A stretch of 64,000 nucleotides of DNA from Eledone cirrhosa (taxonomy: Eukaryota), in NCBI GenBank assembly GCA_964016885.1, contig OZ024758.1:32736001-32800000 (forward strand). The letters are read 5' to 3'. The notes below the pieces were generated by a model. The model was not told the DNA's origin and made no database searches. It saw only the letters and a program-made list of their open reading frames with translations. A program made the translations under genes and the position numbers. Below are positions 1-13,000 of this stretch, one piece after another. The stretch's first letter is position 1. Every line of letters starts with the position of its first letter.

Positions 1-390
1 CAGGCATCATACAACCGGCCTTTCGTACACAGGGAGAAACCCTTCTTCGTCAACAGAGGAAGCAGCTCCCTAAACTTCTTCCAACCCGTCCTTATTCTAG
101 ATACTATGGCCTCGGAACACCCTCCTCCCATGCTAATCTGATCTCCTAGGTACCGGAAGCTATCCACCACTTCTATAGCGCCCTCTTGCATTTGAAAAAT
201 GTGTCTATCAGTGCGACTTCTACTGTCTAATTTCCCTGTACATCTACTGCATACATATTTCTCACTACCTGTTAGTTTGCCTGCTATCCCGCTACATCTC
301 TTGTGTACCCAGGATCTGCATTGTGTGCATTTTATAGAATTTATGCCAGTTCCTTTTCTGCATATCGAACATGGTCATTTCCCTGACGGA
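1..390 (-). mobile_element. RTE-clade LINE fragment (RT C-terminal/PHD-like region)
   Basis: Minus strand reads ...CSEAIVSRIRTGWKKFRELLPLLTKKGFSL...GRLYDAC, homologous to the ORF at 61746-63320; ends at a (TA)n tract. Confidence 0.9.
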
Positions 391-473
391 AATAAATATA
401 TATATACACATACATACATATATACATATACATACATATATATATACATATACATACATACATATACATACAT

Positions 474-518
<45 letters not shown>

Positions 519-536
519 CATATATACATATACATA

Positions 537-781
537 TGGTGGCTGCCAACTCGTTTTCGAGTACGGCCACTACTTTATATCCATGTAGGAGAACCCCTAC
601 CGATGCGCTGAACGAGTGTGACTTTTTAGTCCAGCCAGCGACTTGAAAACTCTGGTACAAATACTACACTTGTGACAATTATTGACACATAGTGCTGGGC
701 CTATGGTACCATGTGACGACAAGTGCAGAGAGATCTCCAGATATAAAGCAATGCCTGTGTCGTGAAGCTTTTATAGTGAGC
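537..781 (-). mobile_element. 3' part of a short non-autonomous RTE-derived element (duplicate of 1332-1575)
   Basis: Near-identical to 1332-1575; encodes C2H2 remnant [24 protein letters not shown] at 597-674. Confidence 0.75.
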
Positions 782-817
782 ATATATACATACATACATA
801 TACATATATATATATAC

Positions 818-957
<140 letters not shown>

Positions 958-984
958 GTATATATATATATATATGTATATATG

Positions 985-1092
<108 letters not shown>

Positions 1093-1331
1093 CATATATA
1101 TATATATACATACATATATATATACATACATACATATATACATATACATACATATATATATATATACATACACATATACATATATATATACATACACATA
1201 TACATATATATATATACATACACATATACATACATATATATATATATACACACATATACATACATATATATATATATATATACACATATACATACATATA
1301 TATATATATGCATATATACATACATACATAT

Positions 1332-1940
1332 ATGGTGGCTGCCAACTCGTTTTCGAGTACGGCCACTACTTTATATCCATGTAGGAGAACCCCTACTGAT
1401 GCGCTGAACGAGTGTGACTTTTTAGTCCAGCCAGCGACTTGAAAGCTCTGGTACAAACACTACACTTGTGACAATTATTGACACAGCGTTGGGCCCATGG
1501 TACCATGTGACGACAAATGCAGAGAGATCTCCAGATATAAAGCAATGCCTGTGCCGTGAAGCTTTTATAGTGAGCAAAGGCACTGCACAAAGCCAGTCCC
1601 ACTCTCTTAACCAAGATGATATTTACCAAAAAGAAGAACAAGTCAACATCATTGGATACCATCAGGGTTGCAGGTGTTATATCAGAGTTTTCCTTCTCCT
1701 AGAATTCTGCCTTGACAAAGGCTAAGGGGTCATCTCTCCCGGTGATTTTGGATGGCCATTGACTCTTAAGAGCTCCTTTGCCTTTTGACAGGTTTTGTTT
1801 TTAGTCCTGCAGGATGTCCAAAGTCACCCTCCTCACCAATAAACCTTGGTGGGGTTGCCAGTTTAGTCGCCAACGACCCGACCATGGGACAGGTTGTACT
1901 GGAATACATGTTACCAGTAGCACCAACTGGTGACCTGACA
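1332..1940 (-). mobile_element. Non-autonomous bipartite RTE-like element (5' UTR-like part + ORF C-terminal C2H2 + 3' end)
   Basis: Homologous to 48485-48938 and 52405-52692; shared end CAGCCAYCA followed by (TA)n; C-x2-C-x12-H-x4-H then stop at 1393-1470. Confidence 0.7.
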
Positions 1941-2029
1941 TACATATATACATACATACATACATACATACATATATTAATACATACATATATACATACA
2001 TATATACATACATACATATATATATACAT

Positions 2030-2062
<33 letters not shown>

Positions 2063-2068
2063 CATATA

Positions 2069-2158
<90 letters not shown>

Positions 2159-2198
2159 TACATATATATATATACATACATATATACATATATATATA

Positions 2199-2230
<32 letters not shown>

Positions 2231-2363
2231 CATACATATATATATATATATATACATACATATATATATACATACATATATGCATATACATACATATAGC
2301 AATAATAATAAACTTTAATCTGTTATTTTAATAAATATATATATATATATATATAATATTAAT

Positions 2364-2768
2364 AAATGGAAACTATATTTATAAAACTATATTTATTTCA
2401 TTATACATATTTCAGGGATACCACATTAAATTATGGTATGCCTTCATCAGATAAAATACAATATATAACAGTTTTACAAATAGCTTTGACGTAAGGCTAT
2501 CCAGACAGCCTCCAAAAGTAATGGTTGTATTTTAAAAGGGTACGTCAAAGCTATTTGTAAAACTGTTATATATTGTATTTTATCTGATGAAGGCATACCA
2601 TAATTTAATGTGGTATCCCTGAAATATGTATAATGAAATAAATATGGTTTTATAAATATAGTTTCCATTTGTTAATATTGTATATCTACTCCAAAAACTT
2701 GTCGAGTGCTTTATATCAGTTATAAAAATATTTACTTGTTGTATCCCAACAACTTTAAATAAAACTTT

Positions 2769-2771
<3 letters not shown>
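2364..2771. mobile_element. Palindromic PLE-terminus mini-element, family A
   Basis: Inverted arms 2364-2492 and 2541-2670, bounded by (TA)n, hammerhead in each arm. Confidence 0.8.
2577..2639 (+). ncRNA. Type I hammerhead ribozyme, family A (mirror copy on - strand 2395-2457)
   Basis: ATTTTAT-CTGATGA-stem II(AGG...CCT)-GAA-AT-ATGT-AT-A-ATGAAAT; stem I pairs. Confidence 0.8.
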
Positions 2772-2808
<37 letters not shown>

Positions 2809-2866
2809 CATATATACATATATATATACATACCTTCTTGACCACTTCCTGCTGCACACCTTATAT

Positions 2867-3070
2867 TTAACTCTTTAGCATTTAAACCGGTCATATCCGG
2901 CCAGAATTCTCTCACCTCTTTCAGTTCAAACTGGCTGAAACCTAACTCCTGTTAGGTATTCTCAAAATAATTAATATCAAAATCTCATAGATTCTATATT
3001 ATGTGAGATAATTATGTAATATAAAACCTTTACCGTGAAAATATAATAGTAAATATAGAGTAAGGGTTAA
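2867..3070. mobile_element. piggyBac-like MITE
   Basis: TTAA-C(C/T)CTTTAGCATTT...AAGGG-TTAA ends; other copies at 20977-21192, 21822-22009, 23337-23559, 55536-55897. Confidence 0.75.
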
Positions 3071-3281
3071 TAAATTTTCATAAATTAAAATTTCAGAGTT
3101 GTCTTCCCCGTTTTTTTATTTATTAAATCAGATATAATCATTTGAAAAAATTATTGTGCTCATTACTATAGATGTAATTCTAATTTATTAAAATTTCTTG
3201 ACTTTGTTACTTCAAGTATGCTGGTGTTCAATTTACTATTTTAATAAAATATTGTAGTTTGCTTAAAGCATTGTGTATAGT

Positions 3282-3557
3282 TAGGGCCAGCACCAGACTA
3301 TCTGGCACCCTAGGAAAGGTTAGATTCTGCCCTACTCTACCCCCCCACCCCCCAAAAAAACTATCAATTTCAAAATTTATAAACGATAAATTTCAATATT
3401 TATTTGTCCCTGTATGATAACCAGGATAAAAAAACGACCATCAATAAAACTGAAATTTCTTTATTTTCCCAAATTTTTGTTGATTTGGAGAAATGCGCCC
3501 TCTTAATCAGTGCCCTAGGTGGCTGCCTAGTTTGCCTATAAGGTAGCACCAGCCCTG
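3282..3557. mobile_element. Possible hAT-like MITE
   Basis: Ends TAGGGC... and ...GCCCTG with GCACCCTAGG/TGCCCTAGG subterminal motifs; TSD unclear. Confidence 0.45.
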
Positions 3558-4071
3558 TGTAGATAATGTAGAAAGTAATATATGTAAGAAGTCTAAAATG
3601 GACAGTAAAATGGAGGCAACGAAGAAGTTAAAGTTACCTGATATTTAATTTATGATCTTTTTACTATTTTACTATTAAAAGCTTTCAATACAGCAGGCAT
3701 TCCTGGCTTATTTTTCTATAGTAAATCTTTTTCTAGTTTTGTTTTCTTTACTGTCCTCTTTCCCAACAGGTTTTGTTTTAATCATTGTCTTCTTCAATAA
3801 TCATACCTTTAAGCAATTGTATCTCTCTATGACTAACTCTTGCTTGCTTGCTTCTCTCCAACAATTCAAATCAAATGCTAACTCATTAACCCAATTCTTC
3901 TGTCCAAACTCCCAATAAAATATGCTCAAAGGCCACAGATACTGCTTTTTCTTTAGACTAAAATAATATTTACCAGTTGGTTTAGACACACATACATATA
4001 TACATATATATATACACTTATATATGTGTACACATATGTACATATGTTTGTAAATATATATATATATATGT

Positions 4072-4337
4072 AAAAGTTCTATTTAAATTGTTGGGATACA
4101 ACAAGCAAATATTTTTATAACTGATATAAAGCACTCAACAAATAATTGGAGTAAAAATACGATATTAACAAATGGAAACTATATTTATAAAACCATATTT
4201 ATTTCATTATACATATTTCAAGGACACCAAGTTAAATTATGGTGTGCTTTCATCAGATAAAATATAATATAGAGCAGTTTTATAAATAAATATTGACATA
4301 CCCTTAAAGAATGCAACCATTACTGTTGGAAGCTCCC
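4072..4337 (-). mobile_element. Family A PLE terminus, single arm, hammerhead at 4201-4263 (-)
   Basis: Reverse complement of 8215-8473. Confidence 0.8.
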
Positions 4338-4384
4338 GGGGCTTCCATGTGAAAAAAAATCGACTTTTTCACCCTGCTTTAAAA

Positions 4385-4700
4385 ATCAGATTAAAGTTTA
4401 AGCAAAGAATCACTGCTTTCATCCTTAATGGGATCTTCTGAAACTGAAAAAAATCAATCTGTGAACACAGAAGTAAATATTCTGAAAAACGTTGCAACTG
4501 GAGGAAAACAGGAAGACGATACTTTGTTTCGTGAAGACATTTCTTGGCAATGAACGGAAAAAAACAACGAGGATCATTACCCCGTTATGTGGAGCAATGA
4601 CAATGATTTTTTGCAAAGACAAAAATACATTTATGGTATAAATGGAGTCGTAGACTAATATTCTATTTCCTAAATCAAATGATTTACAGCTCCGGAGTTT
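4385..4700 (-). mobile_element. Terminal repeat (pLTR) of the Hydra-like PLE family
   Basis: Homologous to 5190-5640 and, inverted, to 7520-7765. Confidence 0.75.
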
Positions 4701-4820
4701 AAGAATGATGTAAATAAAGTTGTTAAATGGTAATGATAGAGGTTATTAAAATAGTTAAGATTTAGGCCAGTGCATAAGTATGCGCCGAAGCTTAGATATA
4801 CATATGCACACAAAAATATA

Positions 4821-4863
<43 letters not shown>

Positions 4864-4999
4864 AATATAATCTGAGTTTTTTTAATATTAATAAAAATAT
4901 TCGATTCGTTTGCAATTATGCAAACAACCCTCTTTTTCTAAAGCCATGTTAGTAGAATGAGACCCTCATTCTTGCCCTTGTGTTGGCATGTAAACAGAG

Positions 5000-5043
5000 C
5001 TGCAGACACTAATGTTTCTGGGTATTACCCTTCATCAGTACAG
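5000..5043 (-). ncRNA. Compact type I hammerhead ribozyme within a TA-flanked island (4860-5150)
   Basis: Minus strand: CTGTA-CTGATGA-AGGGTAATACCCA-GAA-ACATTAGTGT-C-TGCAG; GUC cleavage triplet. Confidence 0.75.
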
Positions 5044-5148
5044 TTCACTGTTCAGCTGCCAACTGTCAGAGCTAGTGAAAATATATGAAATTTTAAAAAT
5101 ATAGAGTCATGGATCAGCCTGATTTGCATATTATGATCAGCCGGTCTG

Positions 5149-5185
<37 letters not shown>

Positions 5186-6283
5186 TTATTAAAATAACAG
5201 ATTAAAATTTAAGCAAAGAATCGCTGCTTTCACCCTTAACGGGATCTTCTGAAACTAAAAAAGTCAATCTGTGAATGCAGAAGTAAATATTTCAAAAAAC
5301 GTTGCAACCGAAGGAAGACAGAAAGACAATACTTTGGTTCGTGGAAACGTTCCTGGCAAAGAACAGAAAAAAACGAAGATAATACGTCATTATTTGGTAC
5401 AGTGAACACAATTACGCGCGAAGACAAAACCACGTTTATGGTATAAAGGAAGTTGTAGACTAATATTCTATTAGGTGGTTCATGGAGACGTTCTCTGGCA
5501 ATGAACGGAAAAAGTGAAGATAATACATCATTATGTGGATCATTGAGAGCACATACACGCAAAGACAAAACCATGTAAATGATATAACTGAAGTCGTAGA
5601 CTACAATTCTATTTAGGAAACCGAATGATTCTCGGCTTCAGAGTTAAAAATAAAGTAAATAAAATACAGAGGTAATTGAAATTAAATATATACATACACA
5701 CATCCATATACGTACATACACAAGCATACGCGAAACCACTCCCCATGGGTATGCAAATACAAGCACGTGCACAACAACAAACCCCCAAAAAAACACACAC
5801 GCACATACAGAACCCACACAACACGTGTACCGTACACATACGAATGTATACACCAAATATACATAAAAAAATAAATAAAAACACATATATATAGACGTGT
5901 GTGTGTGCGTGTATACATAATGAAATGAACGTATATAATTATACACACATAAATACGTATACAACGCGCGCACACACCCACATGTAAAGACACATATGTT
6001 CGCGAATGTACGTCAACCAAAACACAAAGTACACATATACACACACCCTACATACGTACAAACCCGCATACTCAGACAGACGCAAAACAGCCATATACAC
6101 ATAACCAAATGCACATGTACCGGTATATATAATATATACGCCAATAACATATACAAGCAAATATACGTACCTTCACAAAACATACAGGTAATATATACTT
6201 ACCTATATGAATAAGTAATGGTATTAACATAACATATACTTAGCTACCACATTAAGACGTAAAATATCCGCGTATAGTTCGTG

Positions 6284-6934
6284 CTATCCGTTAGGGTATA
6301 ATGTGGGGCTGTAATACAGGAAAGTTTTGTACAATTTATGTTTACAAGCCGAAATTGCCTCAGATTTTTTGTTTAAGATGTGGCCTTTGGTGTAGAGTAT
6401 TTCCAGGGCCTCAGCGGAGCAGAAGTCACATGGTCTTTTATTTCCATTATATGATCTAGCCCTAGCTAGGATCTCCCAGTGTAACTTATATTGGGTGTGG
6501 TTGTCTTTTAGACTCCAGATATAAGCTGAAAGTGACATCATATCCCTTCTTAAAGGGTTAAGAAAAGAATGGGTATGCATGTAAAGACGTTGCTTGAATC
6601 TAATGGCGGTTAACCCTATGTAGGCCCTATGGGACGTGGGTGTTTCAACCTTACATTTGTAGACAATGTTACTAGAGAGGCATTTCCCGGATAGGGGGCA
6701 GTCAACCCGATTCCTACAATTACAGTTAGTACTAACTACAGGGTTGCACATGTTCCTACGGCTAGGTAGTTTAGCTAAATTTGAAGGTGTGATGTTATGT
6801 GCAAGGTTAGGAGTCGTAGAGTAAGAAATTTTAATGGTATTTCTATTAAAAATTTTACTATATTTATGTGCTGGGGGAAAATGCTTCATAATAAGGGAGA
6901 GAAAGATCTTAGCTAAAGGTGTGGCCACCTCCAT
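6284..6934 (-). pseudogene. PLE linker + GIY-YIG endonuclease
   Basis: IFNRNTIKISYS, CNCRNRVDCPLSGKC (CxCx5C), IVYKC...YIGLT...FKQRLYMH, LNKKSE..S.CKH. Confidence 0.85.
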
Positions 6935-6964
6935 ATTATATGCTGAGTTATACCATATAATGCG

Positions 6965-7471
6965 TCAGGACCTATTTTTCCTAGGTCTATTCTCGTACTC
7001 TGTATAAGCTACCTTATCGACAAATCCACTCCAAGCAAGAGCTTCATTGTAATATGTGGAATGGTCGTTGAAAATATGCTCGTTTGTAGATAGACGGGAA
7101 AGCCTCAAAGAAACGTTTCTTACCAGGTTCCTGGTTATGCTGGCAGGATGGTTAAAATGCTTACTTATGTAATTAAGCATATTCGGCTTACTATACGAGT
7201 AGTGCAAGCAATTCGACAAATCGAGGGTAACGTCGTGGTAATTAATGACCGAGAGGTTGGCCTCAACCTGTATGGAAAGGTTGAAGCCTTTAAAGAAGGC
7301 TGTGAGTTCTTTTCTGAACCTGTCGCAAGCACGTGGGCCGCACTTAGTCATGGTCAAAAGACCGTCATCACGGTACAAACCACCGCCCACGTTGGGGAAT
7401 TCTTCCTTGATATAGAAAAGAAGGAAAAGGCCGATAAGATCAGTAACCTCCGCAGTATCGCTGGCGCCCAT
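6965..7471 (-). pseudogene. PLE reverse transcriptase, C-terminal half
   Basis: MGASDTAEVTDLIGL (motif B') ... GLYRDDGL (catalytic YxDD) ... YHDVTL, HFNHP thumb motifs; stop separates it from the next ORF. Confidence 0.85.
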
Positions 7472-8049
7472 AATGACGACGAATGGGGTACTATTAGATT
7501 TTTTAATCCAAATAGAGTCGTCAATATTAGTCTACGCCTTCATTTATACCATAAACATGTAATTGTTTTCACTGCACCAAATAATGACTTTGCCAGGAAC
7601 GTTTCCACGAACCAAAGTATCGTCTTCCTGTCTTCCTTCGGTTACAACGTTTTTTGAAATATTTACTTTTGCGTTCATAGATTGACTTTTTTAATTTCGG
7701 AAGATCCCGTTAAGGGCGAACGCAGCGATTCTTTGCTTAAACTTTAATCTGTTATTTTAATAAATATTTGCTCTACGGTTCTTATATATCTTATATATAT
7801 TTATCCTTATCGAGCCCTCTTTGGATTTTAGTCTTCAAATTTATTATTATTACTATATATATATATATATGAAAATAAAATTAATGTAAGCAAAATACCA
7901 ACAATAATTCAGGTATATAAGTGACTATACCATCAAGGTGAAAACATATTTAATGCAAGATGAGCGAAAAAGTAATACAATCTTAATTCAAAATAAAATC
8001 AAGAAGTAATACTTATCCGTCAATTTGGGGAAAACTACAAATATATATA

Positions 8050-8473
8050 AATACGATATTAACAAATGGAAACTATATTTATTTCATTATACATATTTCA
8101 AGGACACCAAGTTAAAGTATGGTGTGCTTTCATCAGATAAAATATAATATAGAGCAGTTTTATAAATAAATATTGACATACACTTAAAGAATGCAACCAT
8201 TACTGTCGGAGCTTCCAACAGTAACGGTTGCATTCTTTAAGGGTATGTCAATATTTATTTATAAAACTGCTCTATATTATATTTTATCTGATGAAAGCAC
8301 ACCATAATTTAACTTGGTGTCCTTGAAATATGTATAATGAAATAAATATGGTTTTATAAATATAGTTTCCTTTTGTTAATATCGTATTTTTACTCCAATT
8401 ATTTGTTGAGTGCTTTATATCAGTTATAAAAATATTTGCTTGTTGTATCCCAACAATTTAAATAGAACTTTAA
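8050..8473. mobile_element. Family A palindrome; hammerheads 8081-8143 (-) and 8281-8343 (+)
   Basis: Long inverted arms centred near 8213; TA-flanked. Confidence 0.8.
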
Positions 8474-8603
8474 CATATATATATATATATAGTATATATA
8501 TATTATATATATTATATATATTATATATATTATATATATATATATTATATATATAAATATATATAAATATATATTATATATATATTATTTATATAAATAT
8601 ATC

Positions 8604-8648
<45 letters not shown>

Positions 8649-8651
<3 letters not shown>

Positions 8652-9085
8652 GAGGTTATATTTAATTTGTTGGGATTCAACAAGCTTAAAAATTTTATAA
8701 ACTGATATAAAGCACTCAACAGTTTAGCAGAGTAAATATTCAATATATTAATAAATGGGAACTATATTTATAAAACCATAATTATTTTATTATATATATT
8801 TCAAGAGAAACCAAGGCAAATTATGGTGCGCTTTCATCAGATAAAATACAGATTTGTTTTATAAATAAATATTGACATACCCAGAAAAAAGACAACCCTA
8901 ATGGTTGAAGTTCGCTGGATATCCAGCGAACTTCAACCGTTAGGATTGTCTTTTTATAAAATAAATCTGTATTTTATCTGATGAAAGCGCACCATAATTT
9001 GACTTGGTTGCCCTTGAAATATATATAATAAAATAATTATGGTTTCATAAATATATATATAAATATAGTTTCCATTTATTAATAT
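8649..9085. mobile_element. Family A variant palindrome; hammerheads 8784-8847 (-) and 8971-9034 (+)
   Basis: Centre GAAGTTCGCTGGATATCCAGCGAACTTC at about 8920; ATTTTAT-CTGATGA...GAA-AT-ATAT-AT-A-ATAAAAT. Confidence 0.8.
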
Positions 9086-9200
9086 ATTATATATATATAT
9101 ATATTTTATATATATATATATCAAATATATATATATTATATGTATATATATATTATATATATATATATTATATTTATATATTATATATATATATTATATA

Positions 9201-10044
9201 CTAGCAGTTTAGCCTGGCGTTGCTCGGGTTTGTTCATTTGCTATGAAAAGTTACATATAGGTAAACGAAGCTTGAAAGTTTATCAATTAAGTGCATAAAG
9301 CAGTTGAACCGGTTATTAATAGTTACGAACCAATTAGCATTTTGGACAATCAATGATGGGTTAATAATCTTCCAATAGCGAATTTAGTAGACCAAAGTTG
9401 CAAGATGGTGGCCCTGATGCCGCTGGGTGTCAGATCTGTCCGCTATGGGTGACCCTACCAGTTTTCCAGACGGCATAGCTCCAACACCTCCATCACCTGC
9501 ACCAACATCTATAGCACCTCTTTGTAGACGATATTGCATGTCATCCCTTGAGGAGTGTAAGCAAAAAGTCCATTCCTGCTCCCTACGCGGGAACAGGCAA
9601 CATAAAGTTGGCCATGGGAGATTAGCCAGTTTCAGTCTGAACACTCTGGCAGTGAAGTCATGTCTGTTCAAATAATTTTGCCCAGGAAAAAGTTCACGGG
9701 TTACATTCCGATTCATATGTAAAGGGTAGTAGACGGAGGCAGTAACCTTTTAAAGAGAGTTGCAGAGGAGATTGAGAGTGGAGTAGAGGAAAAGATGAAT
9801 CTTTTAAAGAGAGTTGCAACATGATGTAGTTTCATATATTTTGATGGTAGTAGTGAGAGGAATGAAGCATTTTTTTTACATAGAAGCAGGACATTTTTGG
9901 CAAAAATTACGCGTTGACCTGCCCTGGTAAATTTGGAGCACATTGGAAAAAATTTCATCAAAATCGGTAGAGAAATGTGGAAATGCATAAAAATCATACA
10001 CACACACACACAGACAGACATCTACCGTTTTATATATAGAGAGA
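9201..10044 (-). mobile_element. Internally deleted Helitron
   Basis: Minus strand starts A|TCTCTCTATATATAAA...TGTCTGTCTG and ends GC-rich CCCGAGCAACGCCAGG...CTAG|T; contains Rep remnant ELFPGQNYLNRHDFTARVFRLKL and PIF1 C-terminus SHGQLYVACSRVGS...NIVYKEVL*. Confidence 0.88.
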
Positions 10045-13000
10045 TATCATCATCATGGCTAAGGAAGCTTCTCCTTGACTTCAGTAGTTGGGCCGGAGGT
10101 TCACGTCCGTGAAGGAGATGGCGTTCATCACTGATAGCCTTTGTGATCTGAGAACAGAAATGGGGTGATCAAAAGCTGCTATGGCCAGATGAGAGACCGG
10201 CCCAATATATATATTGCAGTCTTCCCAATGAGCAGTGTTTTTAAACTCCTAGTTATGCTAGACTACAATTCAAATTCCCCATTTGTTTCTCTCGGATTTT
10301 CAGTTAATATTTACATGTTTTTAAATGATTTGTCTCATTCTGTTGGACCCTTCATAAATCTACTCCTTCTCCTAAAGTTACCCATTCCATCCCCCCCCAC
10401 CCCACCCCACACACCACCATTGCTAATGGTCCAATCATAACTCAGCGGCTTTAGTAAGTTCCCTAATAAATCAGTATAGCAAAGCTACCGCCCTGGTTAC
10501 TACTCCTTAAGTTTAGACCTGTTTGATGGGTTGACTGCGGAGATTTAGAAAGTCGAAGCATTCAATGACGATATCACAGATAAAGATAAATTCATCTCCT
10601 GCTGCAAGACGAGAATACAAAGACCCCTCTCTATTTCAGACACGAATGACCAGCATAATTCCGTATCCCACACCCCTCCCTGCCCCTCCAACCCATCCAT
10701 CCCACCCTCCCAACTTCAGAGTTGGTACCAGGAACGTAGGCACATTAAAAGGTCGCTCAAATGAGGTTGTAGAGATGCTTGAACGGAAAGAAGTTGATGT
10801 TTGTTATATTCAAGAGACTAGGTGGAGAGAGGAGTCTGCCAGATTCATCATGGGTAAAAAATGATGCTGTAAACTTTTCTGGGTGGGAAATGACAACGGA
10901 CTGGGTGGAGTAGGAATTATGTTAGCAGAAAAATGGGTAGATAAGGTAATCGACGTAAATAGAGTAAATGACAGAATAATTAAAATAAGGCTAGTTCTAA
11001 ATAAAACTACTATGACAATAATATCCGCTTATGCACCCCAATCTGGTCTACTTGACATTATAAAGGACAGGTTCTATGAGACGCTAATGCACACTACCTG
11101 CCAAATAACTGACAGCGACTACCTAATTATTGCTGGCGATCTAAACGGCCAGGTTGGACAACATAGTGATGGCTATGATGGAATCCATGGAGGCTATGGG
11201 TTTGGAAATAGAAATGAGGAAGGCTTCAGAATCCTAACTATCTGTAACACAAACTTCAAAAAACGTGAAAACCACTTGATCACCTATAGATCAGGGGAAC
11301 ACGCCAGCCAGATAGATTATACTAGAAGACAAAGTGTCTGTTGTAAACACTAAATCCCTCCCCCGTGAAGAATGCACCTCCCAACATAGCCTAGTAGTTA
11401 GTGACCTCACAGTCAGGAATAGACGTACTCGACGACAGAGGAGGCCTACCTTGAGGAGAAGAATATGGAAGTTGAAGGACCCCATAGCCAGTGACAAATT
11501 TAAATGCTTATTACTTGATGCCTTTGACAATAAGGAAGAGCAATTAGAGATGTGCGATATAGAGGAACAGTGGCAATTCTTGAAAGTGAACCTGCTGAAA
11601 GCAACGGATGAAATCTGTGGCTGGAGCAGACCTATTGGCAGGAGGAGAGTAACTTGGTGGTGGAACAGTAAGGTAGAAGAGACAATTAAGGCCAAAAAGC
11701 AGGCTTGGAAAGTATGGCAGAATGGGGGAAGTAGAGAGCACTATCAAGTGGCCAGGAGAAAAGCTAGGAGACAAGTGTACCTTGAAAAAAGGGAAGCAGA
11801 GGAAAGAAAGTTCAAGCATGTTCTACAACATGAGGACCAAAAACGCGAGGTGTTCAAGATTGCTAGACAATGTGTCAAGGAAAACCGTGATATTGTCAAG
11901 GAGAAGTGTGTCCGTAATGATAACGGTGTACTTGCCATCACTGATACTGATAAGAAGATAGCCTGGAAGTGTCACTACGAGAGACTATTAAATGAAGAGA
12001 ATAAGCGGGAAAAGATCCAATAGAAGGACCAGCGGTGCAAGTTAAAGGTAGTATAATAAGTAAGGCAATCAAAGATATGAAGACAGGCAAGGCAGCTGGG
12101 CCTTCGGAGATAGTTGCTGAGATGTTGAAGGCATCTGGAATGGTGGGACATACTATGGTCACCCATATAGTTAACCAAGTAATACAGAATGGGGTCATAC
12201 CAAAAGACTGGCGTAGCAGCAGCATCATTAACTGCTACAAGGGTAAAGGAGATGCTCTAGATAGAGGAAACAATAGAGGCATTAAGTTAGTTGACCAGGT
12301 CATGAAGGTCACAGAAAGAGTTATAGTGCAACTAATCAGAGAGTGAATTGATCTAGATGAAATGCAGTTTGGGTTTGTGTCAGGTAAAAGTACCACATAC
12401 GCTCTTTTCCTTGTACGACAACTACAAGAGAAGTACATAGCTAAAAGTAAACCCCTCTACTTAGCTTTTGTTGACCTGGAAAAAGCCTTTGACAGAGTCC
12501 CCCGCTCCATTATCTGGTGGGCTCTTAGAAAACTAGGTGTAGATGAATGGCTTGTGAGAGCTATACAAGCCATGTATAAAGAAACAGTCAGTAAGGTTAG
12601 AATTAACAATGAATATTGTGAAGAATTTAGTGTAAAAGTTGGTGTTCACCAAGGCTCTGTCCTTATCCCCCTCCTATTTATTATTGCCCTTCAGGCTATA
12701 ACAGAGGAGTTCAAGACCGGCTGCCCATGGGAACTTCTATACGCAGTTGATCTAACGCTCATAGCTGAACTAGAAAAGAAATTCCAAACATGGAAGCATG
12801 GCCTAGAATCAAAAGTTAACTTGTCTAAGACTAAAGTCCTAGTTTGTAGAAAGGAAAAGAAGGCACAGGTGCCCTCAGGGAAATGGCCTTGCTCAGTGTG
12901 TAGGAAAGGAGTAGGCAGAAATTCAATTTTATGTCCCAAATGCAAAGTATGAGTACATAAAAGATGTAGTGGGATCACAGGTAAACTATCTAAGAACGTA

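Larger units (their letters stand above)
5185..7856 (-). mobile_element. 5'-truncated Penelope-like element (Hydra-clade-like) with inverted pLTR
   Basis: RT + GIY-YIG on the minus strand, pLTR at 5185-5650 and inverted pLTR copy at 7520-7856, both abutting (TA)n. Confidence 0.85.
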
